DNA of 27,299 bases, from contig CAZKMF010000122.1 in assembly GCA_964553975.1 (NCBI GenBank), positions 1 through 27,299 on the forward strand, read 5' to 3'. The position numbers and the translations under genes are program-made. The DNA comes from an uncultured Gammaproteobacteria bacterium. GTDB taxonomy: Bacteria > Patescibacteriota > Patescibacteriia > SG8-24 > DYFX01. Under the pieces are notes generated by a model. The model saw nothing but the letters and a program-made list of their open reading frames with translations, searched no databases and was not told the origin of the DNA. Position 1 is the stretch's first letter; every line of letters begins with the position of its first letter. Shown here piece by piece: positions 1 to 8,015 of this stretch.

Positions 1-65
1 CAGGCAATCGACGCTGCAGACAGACAACCGGCAAGCATTACAGCGAGAACGGTTTCCGTGCGCAT
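1..65 (-). CDS. 5' end of a secreted or possible lipoprotein gene (partial, runs off window start)
   Basis: Minus strand from ATG at 65 reads MRTETVLAVMLAGCLSAASIA with no stop. It has a hydrophobic N-terminus with an LAGC lipobox-like motif, and GGAAAGG SD-like sequence 7 nt upstream. Only 21 codons are visible. Confidence 0.5.
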   Translation of the reverse strand, partial: MRTETVLAVMLAGCLSAASIA

Positions 66-153
66 AACCCAACCTTTCCGACCGCCACACTTTACCCTCC
101 GAAACGGTGGGGAGAAGTGTAGCGCAATGTCATCTAATGCCGAATCGTGGACG

Positions 154-181
154 TTGTCAAAAGCCCGTGGGGTGCTACTAT
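154..181 (+). promoter_or_regulatory. sigma70-type promoter TTGTCA-N16-TACTAT with extended -10 (TGc)
   Basis: Hexamers read directly from the sequence. The -10 ends 8 nt before ATG 190. Confidence 0.6.
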
Positions 182-189
182 GCACGGGT

Positions 190-672
190 ATGTTTGTTAC
201 CACGCATGCCGCTCTCGGGGCGCTTGTCGGGGCCGCGGTGCCGAACCCGTACCTCGCTTTTAGCCTCGGTTTCCTTTCGCACTTCCTTGTCGACCGTATC
301 CCGCACGGCGACGAGCACATGCTCGACGGCTACAAGTCGGGTGAAAAAGTTCGCCGCGCCATCGCCTACGTGACGATCGACGCGATCGTCGCCATGTACG
401 TTACGCTGCTCATCCTCTCGAACGCGCCAGTGCACATGCACAGCGCTATGAAGTGGGGATTGATCGGCAGCGTCCTGCCCGACCTCCTGGTCGGTGTCTA
501 CGAACTCACGAAGATCCAGCCGTTCTTCCGAAGGTTCACCGCGTATCATCACAAAAACCACCACGAGTGGATCGGCAAGTTCCGCGCCGGCAAAGACATC
601 CCGTTCAAGTGGGGCGTCGCCTACCAGGTCGTGGCCGCCATCGTCCTCGTGAAGATCGCCGTCATTGGCTAA
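190..672 (+). CDS. membrane-bound metal-dependent hydrolase-like protein (YdjM/DUF457-like)
   Basis: Start moved to ATG 190 (MFVTTHAALGAL). Motifs THxxxG, SHFLVDRIPHGD, GSVLPD and YHHKNHH lie among several hydrophobic helices. Confidence 0.65.
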   Translation: MFVTTHAALGALVGAAVPNPYLAFSLGFLSHFLVDRIPHGDEHMLDGYKSGEKVRRAIAYVTIDAIVAMYVTLLILSNAPVHMHSAMKWGLIGSVLPDLLVGVYELTKIQPFFRRFTAYHHKNHHEWIGKFRAGKDIPFKWGVAYQVVAAIVLVKIAVIG

Positions 673-674
673 GC

Positions 675-717
675 AAAAAAAGAAAAAGTCCCTCGTCGCT
701 TGCGGCGGGGGACTTTC
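675..717. terminator. intrinsic terminator between convergent genes (strong U-tract for the minus-strand gene)
   Basis: Stem AAAGTCCCTCGTCGC / GCGGCGGGGGACTTT preceded by an A-tract (675-687). Confidence 0.8.
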
Positions 718-1291
718 AGTCTGAGGCGTTGGAGGCGTCGCGCGGCAGTCGACCTCGCGTGAGAGAGCGATCGCGTTCTTGCTGCTCGCGGTAGCTCTTG
801 AGGTTCCAGATCATCCGGAGCGCCTCCGCGTCGTTCGCGATGAACATCGTGCCGATCGGACAGTCGCCCGGCTGCCGCGTGTCGTGGCGGTCTTCCGACT
901 TCTCGATCGCCAGGAGCACATCCGTCTCGTAGAGCGCTTCGACGCGCACGAGCGTGGAACCGTGCACGTAGCAGTGGTCCCCGGGCCTGAGCGGATTGAA
1001 GGTGTCTTCGGACTGCGGCGGCGGCACGGCCACGACGACGGTGTCGGCTTCCCAGGAACGGTAGCTGACGCGGTTGTAGTCGCTCCAGTGGCCGGCGCTG
1101 CGGATCATCCCGTGGGCGTTGACCGAGAGAGCATCTTCTCGCGCCAGTGCGGAAGAGACGCGCGACCAGACGGAGCTGGTGCCGAGCGCGAGCACGGCGC
1201 CGATGACGCTGAGCGCGATCAAGAGGGTGATCGGCATCCGCGGCTCGGGCTTCACGAGGGCTGGGACGAACTTCGGGCTTTCTTGGGACAC
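716..1291 (-). CDS. hypothetical single-pass membrane protein (about 191 aa)
   Basis: Likely GTG start at 1291 with AAGGAG 6 nt upstream (the track's TTG at 1315 has no SD). One TM segment (ITLLIALSVIGAVLALG) and two Cys in the soluble domain. No family recognised. Confidence 0.7.
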   Translation of the reverse strand: MSQESPKFVPALVKPEPRMPITLLIALSVIGAVLALGTSSVWSRVSSALAREDALSVNAHGMIRSAGHWSDYNRVSYRSWEADTVVVAVPPPQSEDTFNPLRPGDHCYVHGSTLVRVEALYETDVLLAIEKSEDRHDTRQPGDCPIGTMFIANDAEALRMIWNLKSYREQQERDRSLTRGRLPRDASNASD

Positions 1292-1344
1292 GGTCGACTC
1301 CTTGGTTTGGGGCAAGTCTGGTGCTATTCAATCGAAGAAAACCC

Positions 1345-1389
1345 TTAACGTCAAGAAAACCCCCGGCCTTTTGGCCGGAGGTTTTCTTG
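1345..1389 (-). terminator. terminator immediately after tRNA-Leu
   Basis: Minus strand AAGAAAACCTCCGGCC-AAAA-GGCCGGGGGTTTTCTT abuts the CCA end. Confidence 0.75.
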
Positions 1390-1473
1390 GTGCCACGGGA
1401 GGGGCTTGAACCCTCATGACCTTGCGATCGGGGGATTTTGAGTCCCCTGCGTCTGCCATTTCGCCACCGTGGC
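1388..1473 (-). tRNA. tRNA-Leu(CAA)
   Basis: GCCACGG acceptor stem, D-loop GGCAGACGC, anticodon loop CT-CAA-AA, long variable arm, GTTCAAG T-loop, encoded CCA; 86 nt. Confidence 0.97.
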
Positions 1474-1501
1474 TCGGGGTCTTCGGGAGAACGCACGCCT
1501 T

Positions 1502-1530
1502 ATGGTAAGCCGGGTAAAAGCCCTTGTCAA
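1502..1530 (-). promoter_or_regulatory. tRNA-Leu promoter TTGACA-N17-TACCAT
   Basis: Consensus -35, 17-nt spacer, TAnnnT -10. Confidence 0.8.
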
Positions 1531-1537
1531 TCGAGCC

Positions 1538-1566
1538 TTGCCGTGAGCGTGGGGCTCCTATAGACT
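1538..1566 (+). promoter_or_regulatory. parAB promoter TTGCCG-N17-TAGACT
   Basis: Hexamers read directly. The -10 ends 8 nt before ATG 1575. Confidence 0.6.
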
Positions 1567-1574
1567 GGAGACGT

Positions 1575-2360
1575 ATGGCCCTCATTCTTTCGGTCGTCAA
1601 TCAGAAGGGAGGAGTCGGCAAGACCACCACCGCCGTCAACCTCGGCGCCTACCTCGCGCGCCAGGGGAAGTTTGTGCTTTTGGTCGACCTCGATCCGCAG
1701 TGTAACGCAACGTCGAACCTCGGCCACGATCATCGTGCGCTTGAGAAAGGCGTCTACGAAGCGATCACGGGCAGCGCCGATTTCCGCGACATTATTTTGC
1801 CGACCCAGATCGAGGGCTACCGCGTCGCCCCGGCCACGCCGAACTTGGCCGGCGCCGGCGTCGAACTCGTTAATGCCGAACGGCGCGAGTTCAAATTGTC
1901 CGACGCTCTCACGAGTGTACGGCACGATTACGACTTCATTATCATCGACTCTCCGCCGTCCCTCGGCCTCCTCACGATCAACGGCCTCATCGCCGCCGAT
2001 CAAGTCTTGATCCCGGTGCAGGCGGAGTACTTCGCGCTTGAAGGCCTCGGCGCGCTCATGCAGACGATTGATCTCGTCAAACAGCACGTGAAGCCCGATC
2101 TCGGCGTGCTTGGAGCCGTCATTACGATGTTCGACAGCCGCAACAAGCTCTCGAACGAAGTCATGGCCGAACTCTACAAGTTTTTCCCCAACAAGATTTT
2201 CCGCTCCGCCGTGCCGCGCAACGTCCGCTTGGCCGAAGCGCCGTCGTACGGAAAAGTCATTGCCGATTACGACCCAGGCTCGAAAGGCGCTAAAGCCTAC
2301 GAGCGTCTCGCTGAAGAAATCATTGCCGCCGTCGAAGGCGTCGAAGCACCTGCACTATGA
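1575..2360 (+). CDS. parA: chromosome partitioning ATPase ParA/Soj
   Basis: Deviant Walker A NQKGGVGKTT, VDLDPQCN, IIIDSPPSLG, VPRNVRLAEAPS. Start at ATG 1575. Confidence 0.97.
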   Translation: MALILSVVNQKGGVGKTTTAVNLGAYLARQGKFVLLVDLDPQCNATSNLGHDHRALEKGVYEAITGSADFRDIILPTQIEGYRVAPATPNLAGAGVELVNAERREFKLSDALTSVRHDYDFIIIDSPPSLGLLTINGLIAADQVLIPVQAEYFALEGLGALMQTIDLVKQHVKPDLGVLGAVITMFDSRNKLSNEVMAELYKFFPNKIFRSAVPRNVRLAEAPSYGKVIADYDPGSKGAKAYERLAEEIIAAVEGVEAPAL

Positions 2361-3298
2361 AGGGAGGATTAGGGAGGGGTCTTTCTTCGTTGATTCCGAG
2401 CAAGCCGTCTGAAACGGTCGTGCCTGCTGGCGCGCCGGCGCCCAGTGCCGCTGTCCAGCAGCCGGTCGTCGTTGCTGCGCCGCAGGAACTTCCGAAGAAC
2501 GCCGTTGAAGTGGTTCCGCCGGGGGAGCGCATTTTGCACGTCTCCGTTTCCGACATCGTTCCGAACCCGTTTCAGCCTCGCCGCGAATTTCATCCGGAAG
2601 AGCTCGAGGAACTGATTGCGTCGATCAAAACCTACGGCATCATGCAGCCGCTCGTCGTCACCGAAAAGGCGAACGGCATGTTCGAACTGATCGCCGGCGA
2701 ACGCCGTCTGCGCTCGGCGCGCGAAGCGGGATTGAAAAAAGTCCCGGTCATCGTCCGCACCGCCACTGAGCAGGAAAAGCTCGAGCTGGCTTTGATTGAA
2801 AACATCCAGCGCGCCGACCTCTCAGCGATCGAAGAAGCGCACGCCTACGCCAAGTTGATGGAAGAATTCCATCTGACCCAGGAGCAGGTTTCGCAGCGCG
2901 TCGGCAAGAGCCGCTCGGTCGTCGCGAACACGCTGCGTCTTTTGAACTTGCCTGCCGAGATGCAAATGGCGCTTGCGGATGGACGTATTTCGATGAGCAT
3001 GGCCCGCGTGCTCTGCGGCATGGACGACGTTAAAGAGCGCAAAGCGATGTTCGACCGCATGCTGGAGGGCGATTTCAACGTCCGACAAGCCGAAGCACAT
3101 GCGCGGGACCGCAAAGGCGGGGGAGCGGCACCGAAGAGCTCGCTACGCGACGCGAACGTGTTGGCCGTCGAAGAGGAACTTCGCCGCGCGCTCGGCACCA
3201 AAGTCGCCGTCCAGAAGAAGGGCCCGAACGGCAAGATTACCATCGAATTCTACTCCGACGAGGAATACAAAGAGCTGATCAATCGGCTCCGCGCCTGA
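2357..3298 (+). CDS. parB: ParB/Spo0J partition protein (CTPase + HTH)
   Basis: N-terminal LGRGLSSLI ParA-binding peptide, PNPFQPRR, AGERRLR motif, ALIENIQRADL, HTH LTQEQVSQRVGKSRSVVANTLRLL. ATGA overlap with parA. Confidence 0.97.
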   Translation: MKGGLGRGLSSLIPSKPSETVVPAGAPAPSAAVQQPVVVAAPQELPKNAVEVVPPGERILHVSVSDIVPNPFQPRREFHPEELEELIASIKTYGIMQPLVVTEKANGMFELIAGERRLRSAREAGLKKVPVIVRTATEQEKLELALIENIQRADLSAIEEAHAYAKLMEEFHLTQEQVSQRVGKSRSVVANTLRLLNLPAEMQMALADGRISMSMARVLCGMDDVKERKAMFDRMLEGDFNVRQAEAHARDRKGGGAAPKSSLRDANVLAVEEELRRALGTKVAVQKKGPNGKITIEFYSDEEYKELINRLRA

Positions 3299-3336
3299 AG
3301 AAAAAACGCCTGCTACGTATGCAGGCGTTTTTTCTT
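3299..3336. terminator. bidirectional intrinsic terminator between parB and rel
   Basis: AAGAAAAAACGCCTGC-tacgtat-GCAGGCGTTTTTTCTT. The rel stop codon (3313-3315) lies inside the hairpin. Confidence 0.9.
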
Positions 3337-4770
3337 GGCGTAGGTGCGGATGCGTTCTTTGGCGTGGTTCGTTTTGGCGAACTTCAGCCAGTCGGGATTC
3401 GGGCCTTTGCGATTCTTGTCGACGATGATCTCGCACATGTCGCCGGAGTAGAGTTTGGCGTCGAGTGAAGACATCTCGCCGTTAATTCTCGTCGCCGTGC
3501 ACTTGTCGCCGATATCGGAGTGAATTGCGTAAGCGAAGTCGACGGGCGTCGCGTCTTCCGGCAGGTCGATGACGTCGCCACTGGGCGTGAAGACGAAGAT
3601 GCGTTTCTGAAAGACGTCGATCTTCAATTTTTCGAACGATTCCATCAGCTTGCCCGTGTCGGACAGCGACTCCTGCTGCAGTTTGATCAGGTCCTGTACC
3701 CAGGCGATTTGTACCTTGGCCGCGTCCGAGGATTCTTTTCCGGCTTCGGCGTATTGCCAGTGGGCGGCGATACCGTATTCGGATTCGCGGTGCATTTGCT
3801 CGGTGCGGATCTGGATCTCGACGATTTCGCCGCCGTCGCAGAAGACGGTCGTGTGCAGCGATTGGTAGCCGTTCGGTTTCGGTTGGGCGATGTAGTCCTT
3901 GATGCGGCCTTTGAGCGGCTTCCACATGTGGTGGATGATGCCGAGCGTCGCGTAGCAGTCGGCGACGGAGGGGACAATAACGCGCAGCGCGACCAAGTCG
4001 TAAATCTTTTCGAGGTTCCGATCGTACTTCAGTAATTTTTTGAAGAGACTGTAGAGATGTTTCGTGCGACCGTGGATATCCACGACTTCGATCTTGTTCC
4101 GTTTCAGCTCGTCAACGATTTTTTGCGCCGCTTTTTTCAGATAGCGTTCCTTGGCGCGGTAGCGTTCCTTCACGAGGCTCGAGATCCACACGTACTCTTT
4201 CGGATTCACGTATTTGAACGAAAGATCCTCAAGCTTGCCTTGGATGGAACCGACGCCGAGACGGTTGGCGATCGGCGCGTAAATTTCCAGTGATTCGAGG
4301 GCGATGCGCAGGCGCTTGCGCGGCGGCAGGGCGTCGAGTGTCGAGAGGTTATGCAGGCGGTCTGCAAATTTGATCAGGATGACGCGGATGTCGGAAGCCA
4401 TGGCCACGAACATCTTGCGGAGGTTCTCGACGTAGCGCTCCATGCCGCGGTATTTGATCTTACCGAGTTTGGTGATGCCGCCAACCATCGAGGCGACGTC
4501 TTCGCCGAAATTGTTTTCGATATCCTTCAGCGTTACCTTCGTGTCTTCCGGCACGTCGTGCAACAACCCGGCAACGATCATATTTTCCGGCAGGCGCAGC
4601 TTGGCGAGGATGATGGCGGTTTCGACCGAGTGGCTGATGTACGGCTCGCCCGACGCACGCTTTTGGCCTTCGTGGGCCTTGGCCGCGAAGTCATACGCCA
4701 ACTCGACCGTATCCAGGTCGGATTTCGGCGAGTAGTCTTTGACCGCTTCCAAAAGTCTTGCGGGGGCCAT
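3313..4770 (-). CDS. rel: bifunctional (p)ppGpp synthetase/hydrolase Rel, ending shortly after TGS (no ZFD or ACT domain)
   Basis: HD hydrolase (AHEGQKRASGEPY, LLHDVPEDT, KFADRLHNL), synthetase (GRTKHLYS, RIKDYIAQPKPNGYQSLHT, EIQIRT), TGS (VFTPSGDVIDLPEDATPVDFAYAIHS). 485 aa. Confidence 0.95.
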   Translation of the reverse strand: MAPARLLEAVKDYSPKSDLDTVELAYDFAAKAHEGQKRASGEPYISHSVETAIILAKLRLPENMIVAGLLHDVPEDTKVTLKDIENNFGEDVASMVGGITKLGKIKYRGMERYVENLRKMFVAMASDIRVILIKFADRLHNLSTLDALPPRKRLRIALESLEIYAPIANRLGVGSIQGKLEDLSFKYVNPKEYVWISSLVKERYRAKERYLKKAAQKIVDELKRNKIEVVDIHGRTKHLYSLFKKLLKYDRNLEKIYDLVALRVIVPSVADCYATLGIIHHMWKPLKGRIKDYIAQPKPNGYQSLHTTVFCDGGEIVEIQIRTEQMHRESEYGIAAHWQYAEAGKESSDAAKVQIAWVQDLIKLQQESLSDTGKLMESFEKLKIDVFQKRIFVFTPSGDVIDLPEDATPVDFAYAIHSDIGDKCTATRINGEMSSLDAKLYSGDMCEIIVDKNRKGPNPDWLKFAKTNHAKERIRTYAKKKRLHT

Positions 4771-4784
4771 AATAGGTCAGCCTA

Positions 4785-4814
4785 AACCAAAACCGCCCCT
4801 CGGGGAAGGGCGGT
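4785..4814 (-). terminator. topA terminator
   Basis: Minus strand ACCGCCC-loop-GGGCGGT followed by TTTGGTTT, 6 nt after the topA stop. Confidence 0.75.
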
Positions 4815-4820
4815 CGGTTT

Positions 4821-7067
4821 CTATTCCTTCATCGGCGCCTCTTTCGAGAAGCCGCACTCTTTGTCGGAACAGGTGATCATGTGATCTTTGGCGAAGACCA
4901 GGAGATTGCTGCATTTCGGGCAGGATTCGCCGGTCGGTTTCGACCACATGGCGAAGTCGCAGTCCGGATAGCGCGAGCAGGCGTAGAAGTTGCGGCCTTT
5001 CTTCGAGCGCTTTTCGATGACGTCGCCTTCTTTGCACTTGGGGCACTTGGCGCCCGTCAGTTTCTTGATCTGCTTCGTGAATTTGCACTCGGGGTACTTC
5101 GAGCAGGAGAGGAAGGCGCCGAAGCGTCCGCGTTTGACCATCATCGGCGCGCCGCAGGTTTCGCAGACCTGTCCGGCGGCCTGGTCCTGCGCGGCGTCCT
5201 GCGCAGCTTTGTCTTTTTCGTCGTACGGCTTCGTCGTTTTGCAGTCCGGATAGCCGGAGCAGGCGTAGAACTTTCCGAAGCGCCCGAACTTGATGATCAT
5301 CGGCTTGCCGCACTTGTCGCACTTCTCGTCTGTGGCGGTTTCCGTGATGTCTTTTTTGGAGAGTTCCTTGTCCTTGGCCACGAGATTTTCGTGGAAAGGC
5401 GCGTAGAAGTCCTTGATGACCGGCACCCACTCGCGTTCGCCTTCAGCGACTTCGTCGAGTGAATTTTCCATCTTGGCCGTGAAGTCCAGGTCGACGATCG
5501 TCGCGAAATGCTCGATGAGAAGATCGGTGACGAGGAAGGCGAGATCGGTCGGCTTGAGGCGGCGTTCGTCTTTTTCGACGTAGCCGCGGTCGATGACGGT
5601 GGAGATCGTCGGCGCGTAGGTCGACGGACGTCCGATACCGTGTTCTTCCAGCGCTTTGACAATGGCGGCTTCGGAATAGCGGGCCGGCGGCTCGGTGAAG
5701 TGCTGCTTGGGTTCGATCGATTTTTCTTCGACCGCGTCGCCTTCGGAGAGCGGTGGCAGCAGGTTCTCCTTCATGTCGGTCTGGTAGACGCCCATGAAGC
5801 CGGGTTCAACGACGATCGAACCGGTCGCGCGGAAGCGGTACGACGTGCCGGTCGCGATCGTAGCGGCCGTCGTTTCGATCTCGGCATCTTTCATCTGCGA
5901 AGCGACGGCGCGGCGCCAGATGAGCTCGTAGAGCTTGAGTTGGCGATCGTCGAGATGCGTAGCGATCGATTCCGGCGTGCGCGATGCTTCCGTCGGACGG
6001 ATGGCTTCGTGCGCTTCCTGCGCGCCTTTGGATTTCGTTTTGTAGACGCGCGGTTCTTCGGCGACCGCCTTCGGGAATTTTTCCTTGATGTACGCCGCCG
6101 CGTCGTCGCGGAATTTCTGCGCCAAGTTCACCGAGTCGGTACGCATGTAGGTGATGAGACCGACGGACCCTTCGTCGCCGAGCTCGACGCCTTCGTAGAG
6201 CTGTTGGGCGATCATCATCGTCTGCTTGGCGGAGAATCCAAGCTTGTTGTTGGCGTCTTGCTGCAGCGTCGATGTCGTGAACGGCGCCGCGGGGGAGCGG
6301 TGCGTCAGTTTCTTTTCAACCGATTCGACGGCGTACGAAGCCTTATCCAACGTTTTGAGAATCGCCTTGGCTTCGGTTTCAGAAGTGATTGCCATCTTAT
6401 CGAGAGTCTCGCCGTCTTTGCTGTGGAGTTTCGCGTCAAAAACTTCCGGCGCGCCACGCTTGGCGAACTCGGCTTCAATCGACCAGTACTCTTCGGCTTT
6501 GAAGGCCTGGATTTCGCGTTCGCGCTCGACGATCAAGCGGACGGCGACGGATTGCACGCGGCCGGCGGAGAGTCCGCGGGCGACTTTGCGCCAGAGGAAC
6601 GGCGAAAGCTCGTAACCGACCAAACGGTCGAGGACGCGGCGCGCCTGCTGGGCGTCAACCATGCGCATGTCGAGGTGGCGCGGGTGCTCGAGCGCGTGTT
6701 CGATCGCGCTCTTCGTGATTTCGTGGAAGGTGATGCGCTTCACCTTTTCCGGCTTCGTTTTGAGCAGTTCACGGAGGTGCCAAGAAATGGCTTCTCCTTC
6801 GCGGTCTTCATCAGTCGCGAAGTAGATTTCGTCGGCGTCTTTGGCGGCGGCGCGAAGTTCGGCCACGACTTTCGTGGCTTTTTTCGGGATGACGTATTTG
6901 GGCGTGAAGTTGTGCTCGATGTCGATGCCCATCGTCGAGGTGGGCAAATCGCGCACGTGTCCGAACGAGGAAAGGACTTTGTAGCCCTTGCCTAAGAACT
7001 TCGTGATCGTCTTCGCTTTGGTGGGCGACTCGACGATGATTAATTTGGTGCCGGATGTTTTGGCCAT
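4821..7067 (-). CDS. topA: DNA topoisomerase I (type IA) with C-terminal C4 zinc ribbons
   Basis: Toprim IVESPTKAK, ATDEDREGEAI, SAGRVQS, catalytic ITYMRTDS. Three full zinc ribbons plus a partial fourth. Start moved to ATG 7067 (MAKTSGTK). Confidence 0.97.
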   Translation of the reverse strand: MAKTSGTKLIIVESPTKAKTITKFLGKGYKVLSSFGHVRDLPTSTMGIDIEHNFTPKYVIPKKATKVVAELRAAAKDADEIYFATDEDREGEAISWHLRELLKTKPEKVKRITFHEITKSAIEHALEHPRHLDMRMVDAQQARRVLDRLVGYELSPFLWRKVARGLSAGRVQSVAVRLIVEREREIQAFKAEEYWSIEAEFAKRGAPEVFDAKLHSKDGETLDKMAITSETEAKAILKTLDKASYAVESVEKKLTHRSPAAPFTTSTLQQDANNKLGFSAKQTMMIAQQLYEGVELGDEGSVGLITYMRTDSVNLAQKFRDDAAAYIKEKFPKAVAEEPRVYKTKSKGAQEAHEAIRPTEASRTPESIATHLDDRQLKLYELIWRRAVASQMKDAEIETTAATIATGTSYRFRATGSIVVEPGFMGVYQTDMKENLLPPLSEGDAVEEKSIEPKQHFTEPPARYSEAAIVKALEEHGIGRPSTYAPTISTVIDRGYVEKDERRLKPTDLAFLVTDLLIEHFATIVDLDFTAKMENSLDEVAEGEREWVPVIKDFYAPFHENLVAKDKELSKKDITETATDEKCDKCGKPMIIKFGRFGKFYACSGYPDCKTTKPYDEKDKAAQDAAQDQAAGQVCETCGAPMMVKRGRFGAFLSCSKYPECKFTKQIKKLTGAKCPKCKEGDVIEKRSKKGRNFYACSRYPDCDFAMWSKPTGESCPKCSNLLVFAKDHMITCSDKECGFSKEAPMKE

Positions 7068-7078
7068 AGTCGGGGCGG

Positions 7079-7108
7079 AACGTAACAGTGAGCAGGTCGT
7101 ATTGTCAA
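7079..7108 (-). promoter_or_regulatory. topA promoter TTGACA-N18-TACGTT (extended -10 TGt); the -35 contains the dprA stop codon
   Basis: Read directly. The dprA TGA (7105-7107) is the TGA of TTGACA. Confidence 0.65.
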
Positions 7109-7965
7109 GTATAGAAGGTATAGCGTCCGCCGCCAACCGTGCGGACCACGCCCTTCAGTTCGAGGGCGGTCAACGTCGCTGAAACCGCCGGGACGCCCAT
7201 TCCGAGCGCGCGGGCTAGCGCGTCGGGCGTCTCGCATCCCGCCGCCATTTTCTCCAACAGAATCCGCTCTTCGGGCGTTAGCGCGTCCTTGAGCGGCAGC
7301 GCCGTTTGCCGTGGCGCGAGACCAAGCACCGCCGCGATATCGCCCGCGGAGGTGATCGGCGTCGCGCCGTTCTTAATGAGCTCGTTCGGACCCTCGGCGT
7401 TCGGGTGGGTGATCGGTCCGGGCACGGCCCAGACATCGCGGCCCATCTCAAGCGCGAGACGTGCCGTAATCATCGCGCCTGATTTCTTCGGCGCCTCGAT
7501 GACGAGCACGGCTTTTGAAAGCGCGGCGATCAATCTGTTGCGCTCCGGGAAGTGAAAGGGGAGCGATGGGGTGCCGGGAGCGTATTCGCTGACGACGGCG
7601 CCGCCCGAAGCGATGATGCGCTCCGCGAGCGAGGCATGCGCGCGCGGGTAGATTGAAGCGTTATCGACGCCGCTGCCGATCACAGCGACCGTCGTTCCGC
7701 CCGCGGCGAGCGCGGTTTCGTGGGCGACACCATCGATGCCGAGCGCGAGTCCGCTTACGACTGTGAGGCCGAAGCGGACGATCTCCGGCACGAGCAGCTC
7801 GACGCAGGCGCGACCGTAGGCGTCCATGCGGCGCGTTCCCACCACGGCGATGCCTTGCGCGCGCGGCAGGCAGCCGCGTACGTACAGGCGGTCGGGCGGA
7901 GGATCGGCCTGTACGAGCTCCGAAACCCAATCAGAGTCGCCGGGGCGAAGGTGGTGGATGCGCAT
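7105..7965 (-). CDS. dprA: DNA-processing protein DprA (Smf)
   Basis: IAVVGTRRMDAYG, VSGLALGIDGVAH, HFPERNRLIAALS, SGAMITA, C-terminal winged helix (LTALELKGVV). Conserved dprA-topA order. Confidence 0.96.
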   Translation of the reverse strand: MRIHHLRPGDSDWVSELVQADPPPDRLYVRGCLPRAQGIAVVGTRRMDAYGRACVELLVPEIVRFGLTVVSGLALGIDGVAHETALAAGGTTVAVIGSGVDNASIYPRAHASLAERIIASGGAVVSEYAPGTPSLPFHFPERNRLIAALSKAVLVIEAPKKSGAMITARLALEMGRDVWAVPGPITHPNAEGPNELIKNGATPITSAGDIAAVLGLAPRQTALPLKDALTPEERILLEKMAAGCETPDALARALGMGVPAVSATLTALELKGVVRTVGGGRYTFYT

Positions 7966-8015
7966 AGTCACCAGGGTCTAGCAAAAGTGACGAATTTCTG
8001 GCAAGCTCCGTGTAC

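Noticed and set aside
58-189. Upstream extensions given by the ORF track (58, 1524, 7136, 14803, 14870, 17438)
   Set aside because: They overlap promoters, tRNAs or neighbouring genes, and family homology begins at the downstream ATGs used here.
716-1473. Integrative element or prophage at tRNA-Leu
   Set aside because: No integrase and no duplicated tRNA 3' end. The short AAGAAAACCC direct repeat (1335 and 1353) is mostly terminator sequence.
1575-3298. parS site or oriC near parAB
   Set aside because: I saw no TGTTTCACGTGAAACA-like palindrome and no TTATCCACA box cluster by eye. A motif scan could still find degenerate sites.
5508-6995. Long antisense or alternate-frame ORFs (e.g. 5508-6995+, 9436-10539-, 11188-12660+, 15542-17239-, 20039-21412-)
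   Set aside because: They shadow well-identified genes on the other strand or frame. High GC3 suppresses antisense stops, and the translations have no recognisable motifs.
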